Shown here one piece after another: positions 25,849 through 35,353 of a stretch of DNA of 44,338 nt. Made by a program: the position numbers and the translations under genes. The stretch's first letter is position 1. Each line of letters opens with the position of its first letter. Source of the stretch: a virus. Lineage: Duplodnaviria > Caudoviricetes. A model generated the notes under the pieces. The model worked only from the letters and a program-made list of their open reading frames with translations. It had not been told where the DNA came from and searched no databases. Where the stretch lies: IMG/VR virus record IMGVR_UViG_3300049202_000013, positions 1 through 44,338 of that record; one strand, written 5' to 3'.

Positions 25849-27939
25849 TCACATTTGTGGTTGCGATTGATCTTGTGTCGCTTGCTGCTGCTCTACAGCG
25901 GCCTGGTTGCTGGCCATATCAGCTTCAATCTCGCGATGCATGCTGTCGGCCACCACCGAAAAAGCTCCTGTTTGCGCACCCAGCGTTACCGCTTGCGACT
26001 CAGCCGCCAACTTTTCAATCTGCGCCTTTTTCAGCGCGCTATCCCACTCCGCCTGGTCGATCTTCAATTGCAATTCGCGCTCTTTCAGATCCAGTTCGCG
26101 CTCCTTGTTCTGGACGTCAGCCATCTTCATTTCAACGGCTTGTTGCAGCTTCATTACCTCTGGATTAGGCGCTGCATTCGGGTCTTCTTCCGGCAGAATC
26201 TGTGCAATCAGATCGGGCTCGATCCGCATGGCTTCGTACTTGTATTGCAGAATCGGCTTGGGATTAACGCCCGGCATGCCGATGGTTTCCTGCAATGCCT
26301 GAGCGCGCGCCATACGCTGCATATCCGAGGATAGGAACGGATCGGCTACAGGGATGACATCACAGCCTTCGGCGTCGAAATCGTCTTTGTAGACCTTCGC
26401 GTCTTGATCCAGTACACGGTAATACTCTTCATCATCCATGTACTCGTAATTTAGGTCGTACAGGATGCGGAACTCGCCTTTAAGCGATCGATAAATGCGC
26501 TTGTAGATCGCGTTAAGGGTCTTCTTCGCTTCTTCGATCAAGGCGAGGACGGTAGTCGCGGGAACGTTATTCCCCGGCGCGTCACCGGCCAACACATCTT
26601 TCACGCTGGCGAGATCTTTGGTCAGGTCCATCACTAGGCTGAGCAGGTTGAACAGCGTAGGGCTCGGCTCTTTTGTCGGCAGCGGATGAATTCCTCTGGC
26701 CAGCTGTTCTGACGTTGCGCCGGTCTTCTTCCACTCACCTGTAGTGAATCGATAATTGCCGGACAGCACCTTGATTTCTTTCGATAAGAACCCGGACTGC
26801 ATGTTGTTGATGCGACCGGAATCCAGCAGCATGTTGAACAGAGAGTTGGCCGTTTCATTCAACGGAGCCAGCAGCACACCAAAGCCGACGTAGTAATAAC
26901 CGCCATCGAACGGCGGGATGAATTTGTAGTCGGCAAAGTACATGCACGGCGTAATGCGCATGATTTTCCCGGCAGCGTTTTCGCGAATGTCATCCTCTTT
27001 GTAGCGCGCAACAATTCGGACGACTCGCTGCGAGTCTTTCTCGACCGTGACGATATAGGGCTCTTCGTAGCCATCATCATCAAGATCAAGGTACTTATGC
27101 TGCTCAAGGAAGGTGTAATATTTTTCGGTGTCCGGCTCGGTCGCCACGTTATCCGGCGTGATCTGATCCAGATCGATGTCCAGCCACACGCCTGACCGCT
27201 GGTTCTCAATCACTGTGTTCTTGTGCGTGTTTTCAAGTATGTGCGTGACCCGCCGGGCAGATTCCAACGATGCAGCCGTGTTGTTAATGCACAGCTTATC
27301 GGGCATCACCAGTTCGGTACGGCTGCGCTTTAAACTGGGATCGTAAAACACCTTGCGGAACAGGTGCCCAACCACAGGCAGGGCATGCAGGAGCTTGTCG
27401 GTATCCTCCTCCCACTCGCTCATATCCTCGGTGAGCTGCCAGCTCATGTACTTTCCAACGCGCTGAGCCTTAGCGTCTTTCATTCCATCAGGATCGGGGC
27501 CAATGACCTTGCCTTTTACTACTTGGTCATCGCGGATAATTTCTGCGGAGGCCCGAGCAGCAAACTTAATGGCAGCGTCAGCAATCAGCGGCAGCTTTAC
27601 GTTCGCCGCACCAGGAAACGGGAAGGTCTTTTCCTCCCTGATTTGATTGGCTAGCTTAATGGCGTCTTTGTTTCTTTTGAGCCATTCTTCGCGGCTGGTC
27701 TCATCGATCAGGTAATCTTCGACAACCCGCACGCCGATGCGCTTTAACTCATCTTCGTCCAGATCTTCGGCGAGGTTATTGCTCTCAACGAACTTGAGCA
27801 GCTTGGTCTTGGCTGCGCCAAATGTCTCGCCAGGCTCTGGCGCGCCGATGTATTCAGGCGTTTCTTCGGGCATAAAAAAACCCGCCGAAGCGGGTTCTTG
27901 CGCAAGCATGGACGGCATCGCGCCGTTCATTGGGTCCAT
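25849..27939 (-). CDS. Portal protein
   Basis: 696 aa downstream of terL; FPFPGAANVK.P, IYKR motifs, Q/E-rich C-terminal coil; start codon uncertain. Confidence 0.85.
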   Translation of the reverse strand: MDPMNGAMPSMLAQEPASAGFFMPEETPEYIGAPEPGETFGAAKTKLLKFVESNNLAEDLDEDELKRIGVRVVEDYLIDETSREEWLKRNKDAIKLANQIREEKTFPFPGAANVKLPLIADAAIKFAARASAEIIRDDQVVKGKVIGPDPDGMKDAKAQRVGKYMSWQLTEDMSEWEEDTDKLLHALPVVGHLFRKVFYDPSLKRSRTELVMPDKLCINNTAASLESARRVTHILENTHKNTVIENQRSGVWLDIDLDQITPDNVATEPDTEKYYTFLEQHKYLDLDDDGYEEPYIVTVEKDSQRVVRIVARYKEDDIRENAAGKIMRITPCMYFADYKFIPPFDGGYYYVGFGVLLAPLNETANSLFNMLLDSGRINNMQSGFLSKEIKVLSGNYRFTTGEWKKTGATSEQLARGIHPLPTKEPSPTLFNLLSLVMDLTKDLASVKDVLAGDAPGNNVPATTVLALIEEAKKTLNAIYKRIYRSLKGEFRILYDLNYEYMDDEEYYRVLDQDAKVYKDDFDAEGCDVIPVADPFLSSDMQRMARAQALQETIGMPGVNPKPILQYKYEAMRIEPDLIAQILPEEDPNAAPNPEVMKLQQAVEMKMADVQNKERELDLKERELQLKIDQAEWDSALKKAQIEKLAAESQAVTLGAQTGAFSVVADSMHREIEADMASNQAAVEQQQATQDQSQPQM
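27874..27897 (-). terminator. Intrinsic terminator within the 5' end of the portal ORF
   Basis: AACCCGC-TTCG-GCGGGTT-TTTTT on the - strand. Confidence 0.7.
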
Positions 27940-27942
27940 TAG

Positions 27943-28302
27943 TTAAGCCTCTTTGATGCCGTGCCAGTCACGATAAGCGTTTAGCTGTTTGTCGTATCGC
28001 TCTTGGGTGAAGTCCATGCCAAAGCAATGCGGGTCATCAGGATGCAAGGGCGCGCCCTCTGCTCGGCGCGGGCACAACCCCTCTGGCGAGTTGTCAAATC
28101 TGAATTCTTCGCTCATGCTATCCACCTTTGCGGATTGGTTAAATAATGAAACTCTTCTCGCCTTAATCCAATCAATTGCTATATCGAAATCATCTACCGC
28201 AGAAGCATTCTCAGCGTATGAGAAAAATACCGCATTCCAATCTGAGTCGGCAGTATTTGTCGGAGTAATCGATATGGATATTCTGAATCCATTAGTACCC
28301 AC
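27943..28302 (-). CDS. Hypothetical protein between terL and portal
   Basis: 119 aa ORF with AT-richer 5' half. Confidence 0.55.
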   Translation of the reverse strand: MGTNGFRISISITPTNTADSDWNAVFFSYAENASAVDDFDIAIDWIKARRVSLFNQSAKVDSMSEEFRFDNSPEGLCPRRAEGAPLHPDDPHCFGMDFTQERYDKQLNAYRDWHGIKEA

Positions 28303-29623
28303 CTATCGAACTCCTGCCGCCGTCGGACATTTCGTCATAGTCGTCGTAGCCGTTATCTGTGTAGTCCTTAATGACTTCATCGCGAACAACTGCTGCCAAT
28401 CCGAATGAATCTGCGCCGTGTGACGCCCAATCATGCTCGGGGCCAAGGCCAATACCGCGCTCTTCGTCCTTCTTCTCATGATACCAGCCCAATGCTTCAA
28501 GGCCGGCTGACGTTGTTTCTTCGTTAAACCAGCACGATGGAAACATTCGCCGCACCGCTTCGATGCGCGAAGCCGCTGCGCCCTTGCCTTGATTCGGAAT
28601 CACTTCGACGTCGTAGCCTGCGGACTTAAACGCGCTCTCATACGAAACATCGAATACACGGTCATTTGTCTTGCCATCATGCGGCAACCAAATCTGTGAG
28701 CGATCCGGTGTGTATTTGTTCTCTCGCATCCAAGCCAGATGGGCATCAATTGGCTGGCCAACCTTCTCGTAGTAATTAACTACGCGAACTTCTTTGCCGA
28801 TGAACTGGATCGCCCAGAACGTGAACGCATCAGCGCGAGCTCCGGTGCCGCCAATATCCGCGAAGAGGTGAACCTTCATCAGCGGATCGATGCCAACCCG
28901 TCCTATCCGCCTCTCCGCCCGCGCCGCAGTGAGATGCTTCGAAAAGTATGCGCCCTCAACGACCGTGACAAAACCACCTTCCCAGATATGCTCGTATGAA
29001 TCGGGGCGCTCTTTCAAATCCTTTAGGCGCGCCCGATTTAGAATTTCAGGAAACTTCGGGTTATCGCGCCAATTCAGCTCGACAATCTTTGTCCGTGGGT
29101 CGTCGGTGTTTCTAAAGCGCTTATGTGTTGCGCTCGATTTGCTTTTTGGGTTCCACGTCACCCAGAGCTCCGAATCCTCTTCCCGCAGCGTAGGTATCAG
29201 TGTCTGCCATGCCGTCTCAACGACAGGCTCGGCCTCATCTACCCAGCAAAGCAGAATGCGAGACTTTGATTTGACGCTTTCGATATTGCGGTCAAGGCCG
29301 GAGAAAATGTATCGGACCCTGCCGTCCTTGGTTCGAATGTACTTCTCGCCAATGTCGAAATGCTCAGCCAGCCACGGCTCGGAGTTAATAGCGTGCTTAA
29401 CCTCCGCCATACTCGAATCATCAAGCGAGTTCATAAATTCCCGGCCGCAGAGAATTACGCCCTCTCGTCCCGCCGAGCTCCACATGTAAGCCCGGACAGC
29501 AGACATTTTAGCGAAAGAGCGTGTCTTCGCTGATCCGCGACCGCCATATGCGCCACGAACATCAGCCTCGCCGTCAAATACCGGAATCAGCTTTTCGGGT
29601 AATTCAATCTGAACCGCGGCCAT
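28292..29623 (-). CDS. terL: Terminase large subunit
   Basis: Walker A YGGRGSAKT, Walker B CWVDEAE, TWNP coupling motif, LPHD and SHGADSF nuclease motifs. Confidence 0.95.
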   Translation of the reverse strand: MAAVQIELPEKLIPVFDGEADVRGAYGGRGSAKTRSFAKMSAVRAYMWSSAGREGVILCGREFMNSLDDSSMAEVKHAINSEPWLAEHFDIGEKYIRTKDGRVRYIFSGLDRNIESVKSKSRILLCWVDEAEPVVETAWQTLIPTLREEDSELWVTWNPKSKSSATHKRFRNTDDPRTKIVELNWRDNPKFPEILNRARLKDLKERPDSYEHIWEGGFVTVVEGAYFSKHLTAARAERRIGRVGIDPLMKVHLFADIGGTGARADAFTFWAIQFIGKEVRVVNYYEKVGQPIDAHLAWMRENKYTPDRSQIWLPHDGKTNDRVFDVSYESAFKSAGYDVEVIPNQGKGAAASRIEAVRRMFPSCWFNEETTSAGLEALGWYHEKKDEERGIGLGPEHDWASHGADSFGLAAVVRDEVIKDYTDNGYDDYDEMSDGGRSSIGGY

Positions 29624-29885
29624 TCATCGGCACCAGCTCTATGCGCGTCACGACAGTGACAGGGTTATCATCCTCATCGCCGCCGATAATTGCCTGCTTT
29701 GGCTTGCCGTCTAGGCGGTCTCCGATCTCTCTAATTGCAACCATGTCGCCCTCCAGCGCCTTTGCAATCAGTACGTCAGCCAGCGCGTCTAACTTTTTGC
29801 CCTGCACGATGCACTTTCTTACAGCATCAGACCACAATCGGTTCTCTTTGCGAGCGTTTGTGTTTCCGGGAGGGGCGCCTGCCAT
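29604..29885 (-). CDS. terS: Terminase small subunit
   Basis: MAGAPPGNTNA, A.EGD..AIREI.DRLDGKPKQ; overlaps terL. Confidence 0.8.
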   Translation of the reverse strand: MAGAPPGNTNARKENRLWSDAVRKCIVQGKKLDALADVLIAKALEGDMVAIREIGDRLDGKPKQAIIGGDEDDNPVTVVTRIELVPMNGRGSD

Positions 29886-29949
29886 TGAAATCAATCCTAT
29901 ATATTTGATTGGTCAACTATTTGACCGAGCTTTTGCAGTAATCGACGGA

Positions 29950-31671
29950 TTACGCGGTAAGTCCCACAACCATCCCTGTCACCATGTCTGAAACCATATC
30001 AGTCACCATCTGACCGGATGCTGTTGGCAGCCTCACCTCTATGGTGAGCGCCTTGGCGAAGGGTGTAGAGATGCCGTCGTCAGTTTCCACTCGGATCGAA
30101 TAAGAACCAACGCCCAGCGCGCCAGGGTCGTCAGCTCTTAAAGTTGACCCGGAAATGCTGAAATCAGCATTGTTTGTGTCACCAGTGCCGGAAACTAGCG
30201 TATACGTGAACGTGTCTGCTGCGTCCCCGTCTATGGCGCCCAGCGTGCCGACGACAGCATTGGTCCCAGCTGTTGTGTACACGTAGCTGTTGCTGATTGT
30301 GATATCGGTCGGTGATGCATTGGCATTGTTGGTAACGCTGAGTCCTGAGAATGAAGCGACCTCATTACCGACCGTATCGGTGATCCCTGCCCCCGGCTGG
30401 ACATAATCGACCGTAATGGTTTCGCTGCTGGCAACCGTGCGGCTGAGATCGTAGATAACATCGGTGGTGCTGATGGAGTCATACGTAGCGGTTACGGCTG
30501 CGCCATCGGACGTTAACGTGACGCCCCCGTTACCGCCTGCACCGATCGCTGCATTCTCGGTCAGCGTTAGCGTTAACTGATTGCCAGCAATGTTGATTGC
30601 TGCGGATGCGACAACAGGAACCGTCGCGTCGAAGGTAATAACCGACTCGCCAGAATCCGTAGCGTCGGATGCATCCCGGAACCAGGCAGAGAACTCGTAA
30701 TCGCCGGCTGAGGTGACATTGGTCAGCTCGATATTTCCGGTACCTTCCTCAACCGTCACTGTGCAGGTAGTCGATGGCGCGCCTACCTTGGTGGCGGTAG
30801 TTTCGAATCGCGCCTGATCGCCTGCGGCAAGCCCGGTAATGCCATAACCAATACTGGCGGCAGACATGCCGGAAATACCGCCGGCATCGAACGTGATGTA
30901 GCTCTGCCCGGTTGGCGGTAGATAAGACTGGCCAGCGATCGAATCGGCTGCGTTGGTTTCCGGCGTGACGGTCAGCGTCTTGCCAGTGCCGAACATCTCG
31001 CCAGAGCTTGGCCCGGTGATCGTGATCGACGTATCAGACCAAGCTGTCTCGGTCAGCGATGTGCCGTCGAGATCAGTGTTACCTGCGCCTTGACTGGCCT
31101 CAAATCCTGTGCCGGCAATCGTGGAGCTTTCGCCCTGACGGATTGTGTTGGCCGCGGATGCTGGACCGGTCACGGATGTAATTTCTGCCGGTGTTGATGA
31201 TGTCTGCGTTTCCGCCCACACAGCGTATTTCTGGCTTAAGCCGGAGCTATCCGCCCAAGTTGCTCCTAGCGCACTTGAGCCAGTCAGCGATGATTGGCGG
31301 CATGCATTCGACTGGAATACGCGATTCATGGTGCCAGTCGATATAACCCGCCAACCAACGCAATATACGTTGCCGTCTGTCAGGTCAACTCCTGTTATAT
31401 ATGTCACGACAGCAGTGTTTGCCGCCACCGCGGTGACAGTAGCCGAGGCAATTAATGGCGCGCCCGCCGCACCAGACGTAATGTCATAAAGGCCAATCTG
31501 GAGCGATGCGTAAGTGGTTCCGTTGCCGGGGATAAATCCAAATCTAAAAACCTCAATCCCTGCGGTTGCGGTGAACGTAAACCCCGTACCGTTCATTAAT
31601 TTATGCGGATCGGTTGTAGCATCCGTGACCGAACCCAATCCCGCTGCACTATCCAGCCCGATAATCGCCAT
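29950..31671 (-). CDS. Large T/S/G/A-rich protein with IPT/Ig-like and cadherin-like domains
   Basis: TIAGTGF..WSDTSIT (IPT); PTDITIS..VGTL.A.D.D..FTYTLVSG.GD..N..F.I.G..L..Y.IRV...D (cadherin). Confidence 0.75.
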   Translation of the reverse strand: MAIIGLDSAAGLGSVTDATTDPHKLMNGTGFTFTATAGIEVFRFGFIPGNGTTYASLQIGLYDITSGAAGAPLIASATVTAVAANTAVVTYITGVDLTDGNVYCVGWRVISTGTMNRVFQSNACRQSSLTGSSALGATWADSSGLSQKYAVWAETQTSSTPAEITSVTGPASAANTIRQGESSTIAGTGFEASQGAGNTDLDGTSLTETAWSDTSITITGPSSGEMFGTGKTLTVTPETNAADSIAGQSYLPPTGQSYITFDAGGISGMSAASIGYGITGLAAGDQARFETTATKVGAPSTTCTVTVEEGTGNIELTNVTSAGDYEFSAWFRDASDATDSGESVITFDATVPVVASAAINIAGNQLTLTLTENAAIGAGGNGGVTLTSDGAAVTATYDSISTTDVIYDLSRTVASSETITVDYVQPGAGITDTVGNEVASFSGLSVTNNANASPTDITISNSYVYTTAGTNAVVGTLGAIDGDAADTFTYTLVSGTGDTNNADFSISGSTLRADDPGALGVGSYSIRVETDDGISTPFAKALTIEVRLPTASGQMVTDMVSDMVTGMVVGLTA

Positions 31672-33287
31672 TACACTGGCATCCCATCAAAGCTGAGTAC
31701 AAGATTTTTTACATCGAAATTAAACGGCGTGTTGGTCTGCGTGTAGTCGCCGACGGTAAAATATTCGTACCCCGAAGAATCATCGCCTCGATTGAACAAA
31801 TTGCGGATATCCATCCACAGCACGTCATCGATGTAAACCTGAACCTCGCCATCTGCTATAGCTGCGCTGCTATTCTGCTTCCAGTGAAATTTGAATCGTC
31901 GCCATGCAGTTGTTGGAACGAGATCTTGCAGCTTCCGATAAACCACATTTTCGGTTGAGCGCGCATCGATATTTGCGTTGATGTACTTCATCACGCAGGT
32001 GGCATCATTGCCGCCCGACGTACCGTTCCCATACATGACGCCAGCAAATCCACCGCCGTACCCGGCATTCCAGGTGTTATTGCTATAAGTGGCACCGCCG
32101 TTGGTGCGGATACCGAAGAACTTCATCAGCTTTGAGGTGACTGTTACCACGCTCTGCCTGGTATCAAATGCGATCCAATACTCGCGCAACCCCTGGGTGG
32201 GCAAGTTTTTTCGCAGCTGGTATGGCCCAGTGTTCGATCCGTTATACGAACAGCGGGCAAACGACCCGCCGCCATCCGATTCGATCGACCATGCAGCGCC
32301 TACAGAATCCCATCCCGTAAACGAATCGAGCGCACTGCTAAAAGCAACCGTATATGTACCGGAAGCATCACCCGTAGCAATATTGCTGTTAGCGCTGCCT
32401 TGAGTATTAGTGGCAGTGACATAGAAGTCAGCCGTAAGATTTGGCGATACTGTCAAATCGTAGTACGTGGCATCAACCGCTAGCGCTATGGGTGCCGAAT
32501 AAGCGCCCGACCCCGCCGGCGATCTGGAATATCCAGCCCATGTATCAGCGCCGCTGCCGTCGGAAAAAATAAATCGAATGACCGTGTTGGATATCCTCTC
32601 CCACGTCACGGTTGGCGGCGTCGGAACAGGCGTGGTGACGGCCTCGGTAAAGTCCCACGTCTCGGCGGAGAGCGGGCCATTCGGCGAGGCAGCGTTTGTG
32701 TTCACGCCTCGGCCCCGCGCACCGTATTCGGTGTTTGCGGTCAGCGTGTTGACCGTGTACGTGGTGCCGGTAATCCCGGTGATTTGCGCGGTAGTCCAAT
32801 CAGTGCCGTTCCAGCGCTGCAACGTGTAGCTCGTTACGTTCGCCAGCGCATCCCATGCATACGTCAGCGATGTCGTGGTTTTGGATGTAACCCGCAGGTT
32901 GACCATCTGATTAGGCGTGGCGGTCGTTCCTGCGCTACTGGTGGCACTGGTCGCCGCCGACAACGTTGAGCCGTAAGCGTTAACCGATCGGGCCTTAAAC
33001 CACTTCGTGGCCGCTGTGACGGTATTGACCGACACGTTAGTTGTGACGAGTGCCGGGATGTTGGACTGGTAAACCGTGTACGTGCCGTTTTCCGTATCGC
33101 TCCACAGCAGCTCGGCGTAGTCAGCATCGGAAGGTACGCTGGAAACTGGGACGGTCAGGATGTAGTTATCAAGGACGACAATGGTTCCAATCGTCGGCGC
33201 AGCAGGAGCGCTCGGCGTAGTCGGCTGGATCGTAAACCCAGCTTTGTAGCCGCGGAGCTTGCGCGTTGCAGGAGCGGTCAGTGTCAT
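31671..33287 (-). CDS. Fibronectin type III repeat protein with C-terminal jelly-roll (LamG/polysaccharide lyase-like) domain
   Basis: P..P..NL.V...T.SL...W...Y.L...Y.V..L..NT.Y..R FN3 pattern; W..F.FHW.Q.S....DG.V.VY.D. Confidence 0.75.
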   Translation of the reverse strand: MTLTAPATRKLRGYKAGFTIQPTTPSAPAAPTIGTIVVLDNYILTVPVSSVPSDADYAELLWSDTENGTYTVYQSNIPALVTTNVSVNTVTAATKWFKARSVNAYGSTLSAATSATSSAGTTATPNQMVNLRVTSKTTTSLTYAWDALANVTSYTLQRWNGTDWTTAQITGITGTTYTVNTLTANTEYGARGRGVNTNAASPNGPLSAETWDFTEAVTTPVPTPPTVTWERISNTVIRFIFSDGSGADTWAGYSRSPAGSGAYSAPIALAVDATYYDLTVSPNLTADFYVTATNTQGSANSNIATGDASGTYTVAFSSALDSFTGWDSVGAAWSIESDGGGSFARCSYNGSNTGPYQLRKNLPTQGLREYWIAFDTRQSVVTVTSKLMKFFGIRTNGGATYSNNTWNAGYGGGFAGVMYGNGTSGGNDATCVMKYINANIDARSTENVVYRKLQDLVPTTAWRRFKFHWKQNSSAAIADGEVQVYIDDVLWMDIRNLFNRGDDSSGYEYFTVGDYTQTNTPFNFDVKNLVLSFDGMPV

Positions 33288-33330
33288 GCCTTATCCACGT
33301 TCGGGGCGTCCCCCTATCGGCTGTGTCGCC

Positions 33331-33624
33331 TCACGGCGAGCTATTGGGTTGCTTTGCCCATTCGCGCAATGCGCGCTTGTCGGCGTTGCAGTTACGCAAG
33401 GATTTGTCGTAATCGAAAAGCAACATCAACGCCTCGCCAACTGTCAGCGAGGCATTAACGGTAGGTGTGGGACACTCGATGAGCAGATGCGCGGGCGGGT
33501 ACTGCTTTATCACCCGCGTCTCGATCGCTGGCGTTGCGCAACCGCTGCACAACACCAGAAGGAACGTCGATGTCATAACAATCAGCAAAAGCCGTCGGCT
33601 GTAGCGCAGCCACCCGGACAGCAT
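33331..33624 (-). CDS. o-spanin (Rz1-like lipoprotein)
   Basis: Lipobox LCSGC, PP..LL..C..P and CN.DK; overlaps Rz in another frame; start uncertain. Confidence 0.75.
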   Translation of the reverse strand: MLSGWLRYSRRLLLIVMTSTFLLVLCSGCATPAIETRVIKQYPPAHLLIECPTPTVNASLTVGEALMLLFDYDKSLRNCNADKRALREWAKQPNSSP

Positions 33625-33874
33625 CTTTTCCGGCATTGGATCTGCTTTCATTGCCTGCTCGCTCGCTGTCGCGCTGGATGTTAATCGTCTCAAGCGCCTC
33701 GCGATCCTTCTGCGCTTGCTCAATTTGCTGGCTTTGCTCGCGTATCGTTTGGTCACGCTGCACCGCCTGCGCCTTTAGCTCGCCATTGGTTTGGATTTGC
33801 TGCTTCAGGAAATAACCGGTACCAGCAAGAACGAGCGTTAAAGCCGCGATCGCTGCAAATAAATAACTTGTCAT
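33455..33874 (-). CDS. i-spanin (Rz-like)
   Basis: N-terminal TM helix, coiled coil, C....VP..V..RL. Confidence 0.8.
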   Translation of the reverse strand: MTSYLFAAIAALTLVLAGTGYFLKQQIQTNGELKAQAVQRDQTIREQSQQIEQAQKDREALETINIQRDSERAGNESRSNAGKDAVRVAALQPTAFADCYDIDVPSGVVQRLRNASDRDAGDKAVPARASAHRVSHTYR

Positions 33875-34077
33875 TCAGGGCGAGACTGATCGACCAGGCG
33901 GCCAAGCATGCCGAGGATCAAAATACCCAGCGCCGCACCGCTCGCCATCATTGGCGGGATCGTTGCTTTGAGGTCGTCAGGAAGGGCCAGCCACGCACCC
34001 TGGATCGATGCGCTAATCATCATGCAATGCATCGATACCCAGCGATGACACTCGCGCCAGTTGCTTACAATCTTCAT
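33871..34077 (-). CDS. Holin
   Basis: 68 aa with two TM helices, NW...W.S..AW..LP....RLV.Q; within the lysis cassette. Confidence 0.75.
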   Translation of the reverse strand: MKIVSNWRECHRWVSMHCMMISASIQGAWLALPDDLKATIPPMMASGAALGILILGMLGRLVDQSRPE

Positions 34078-34604
34078 TGCGATGCCCTCTCCAGCTCGTC
34101 AGCAAGCCGATTAAACCAACCGCCCAGATTTGCTCGTTTCGCGCGAGGCGTCTTTGCGTAATGCCGCGAGCGCTGCGCAAAAAATCGGTTGAGCAACTTA
34201 TGGGCCTCAGCCGATCGAACGACACCGCATGTTTTTGGGCCAAGTATTCCGTCATCGGCAACACCGGTCGCGCGCTGTAGCGCACGAACAGCATCAATCC
34301 ATCCGGAGTTAACGGCGAAATCAAAAACGTGCATCGAGACGCGAGGCTGTAAATTTTCGAGCGTTTCGTGCTGGCTCGGCGCCCAAAAATGAGTGAAGTA
34401 AAATTGCTTGGTTAGCTCGATAAGCTGAGGCGAATTCACGGGCTCGCCATCATCCAACAGCGCCCATCCAGCCCACTGCGGGTGAAACTTACGCGCAATA
34501 CCGGCGTATGTTGGAAAATCCTCGCCGGCAACAATCGACAGCAAATAACCGCCTTCATAACCCTCGACAGTGTGCCTGTACGCGGATTCGAAAGCGGCGC
34601 TCAT
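34074..34604 (-). CDS. Endolysin, glycoside hydrolase family 108 with PG-binding domain
   Basis: EGGY, T.AGI, FDFAVNSG, DGILGPKT, GW.NR. Confidence 0.9.
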   Translation of the reverse strand: MSAAFESAYRHTVEGYEGGYLLSIVAGEDFPTYAGIARKFHPQWAGWALLDDGEPVNSPQLIELTKQFYFTHFWAPSQHETLENLQPRVSMHVFDFAVNSGWIDAVRALQRATGVADDGILGPKTCGVVRSAEAHKLLNRFFAQRSRHYAKTPRAKRANLGGWFNRLADELERASQ

Positions 34605-34605
34605 C

Positions 34606-34866
34606 TTAGCCCCTCAGGATGCGCAGCAATTCGCGCCAGAATGCAGACAAGACAAACGCCAGAATGATCGGCACCGCCCAAATGCAAGCGCTGGTCAATA
34701 TCTTCTGGCGCAGCTCAATGAAATCCTGTTCGCGCTTGCGCTGAACCGCTACCCAGCCATGATCATCAGCGTGTACTTCCGGATCGACCCAATGTATCCG
34801 CTTCGCGCCCGCCAGCATGGCGACGGTACGTTCTGCGATTGTCTCGATGTCGTCGGGTGATAGCAT
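34606..34866 (-). CDS. Small membrane protein (holin- or antiholin-like)
   Basis: C-terminal TM helix; first gene after tR'. Confidence 0.6.
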   Translation of the reverse strand: MLSPDDIETIAERTVAMLAGAKRIHWVDPEVHADDHGWVAVQRKREQDFIELRQKILTSACIWAVPIILAFVLSAFWRELLRILRG

Positions 34867-34888
34867 GCTGACCTTAATTCACAGGCAA

Positions 34889-34919
34889 TAAAAAAGCCCC
34901 GCTGGTTAGGCGAGGCTTT
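34889..34919 (-). terminator. tR'-like terminator ahead of the lysis and late genes
   Basis: AAAGCCTCGC-CTAACCA-GCGGGGCTTTTTT on the - strand. Confidence 0.75.
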
Positions 34920-34934
34920 AGGGATTTGGTTTTT

Positions 34935-35327
34935 TCAGGGCGAGCGAATCCGCTCAACGGGTGTAAATCTAAATTGCTCCTTCTGCGATGTCAACGCCTC
35001 GAACGATAAAATAAACATTTCTATCGCAGCCTTAAGCATCTCGCGCTTAGGATGATGACCGAACCGATACCTTGCGCGAATAACGTGCACTTCATGCGAT
35101 GCCTTGCCGCCCATGTTTGATAGCGCCCTGTCCACCTTTTGCATTTCGACAGGATCGCCGGGCGGCAACGATTCGGAGGCTTTCTCAATCCAGTCCTTCT
35201 CGCCATCGTCCCAATCCATCGTGCGCCAGTCTTTTTGCCACGACCCTATAGCGTAACCAGTTTGTACGCCACCAAAAGCCCACATGGCCCATTGCGCTAG
35301 CAGTACGTCAGCTTCGGATAGCGTCAT
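34935..35327 (-). CDS. Putative late antiterminator Q
   Basis: LL.QWA.W N-terminus and VD.AL..ARY; lies between ninG and pR'/tR'. Confidence 0.65.
   Translation of the reverse strand: MTLSEADVLLAQWAMWAFGGVQTGYAIGSWQKDWRTMDWDDGEKDWIEKASESLPPGDPVEMQKVDRALSNMGGKASHEVHVIRARYRFGHHPKREMLKAAIEMFILSFEALTSQKEQFRFTPVERIRSP
34966..34994 (-). promoter_or_regulatory. Late promoter pR'
   Basis: TTGACA-17 bp-TAGATT on the - strand at the 3' end of the Q-like gene, ~50 bp before the terminator. Confidence 0.75.
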
Positions 35328-35353
35328 ATCGGTTCCTTTTTTGGGGTGCAAAA

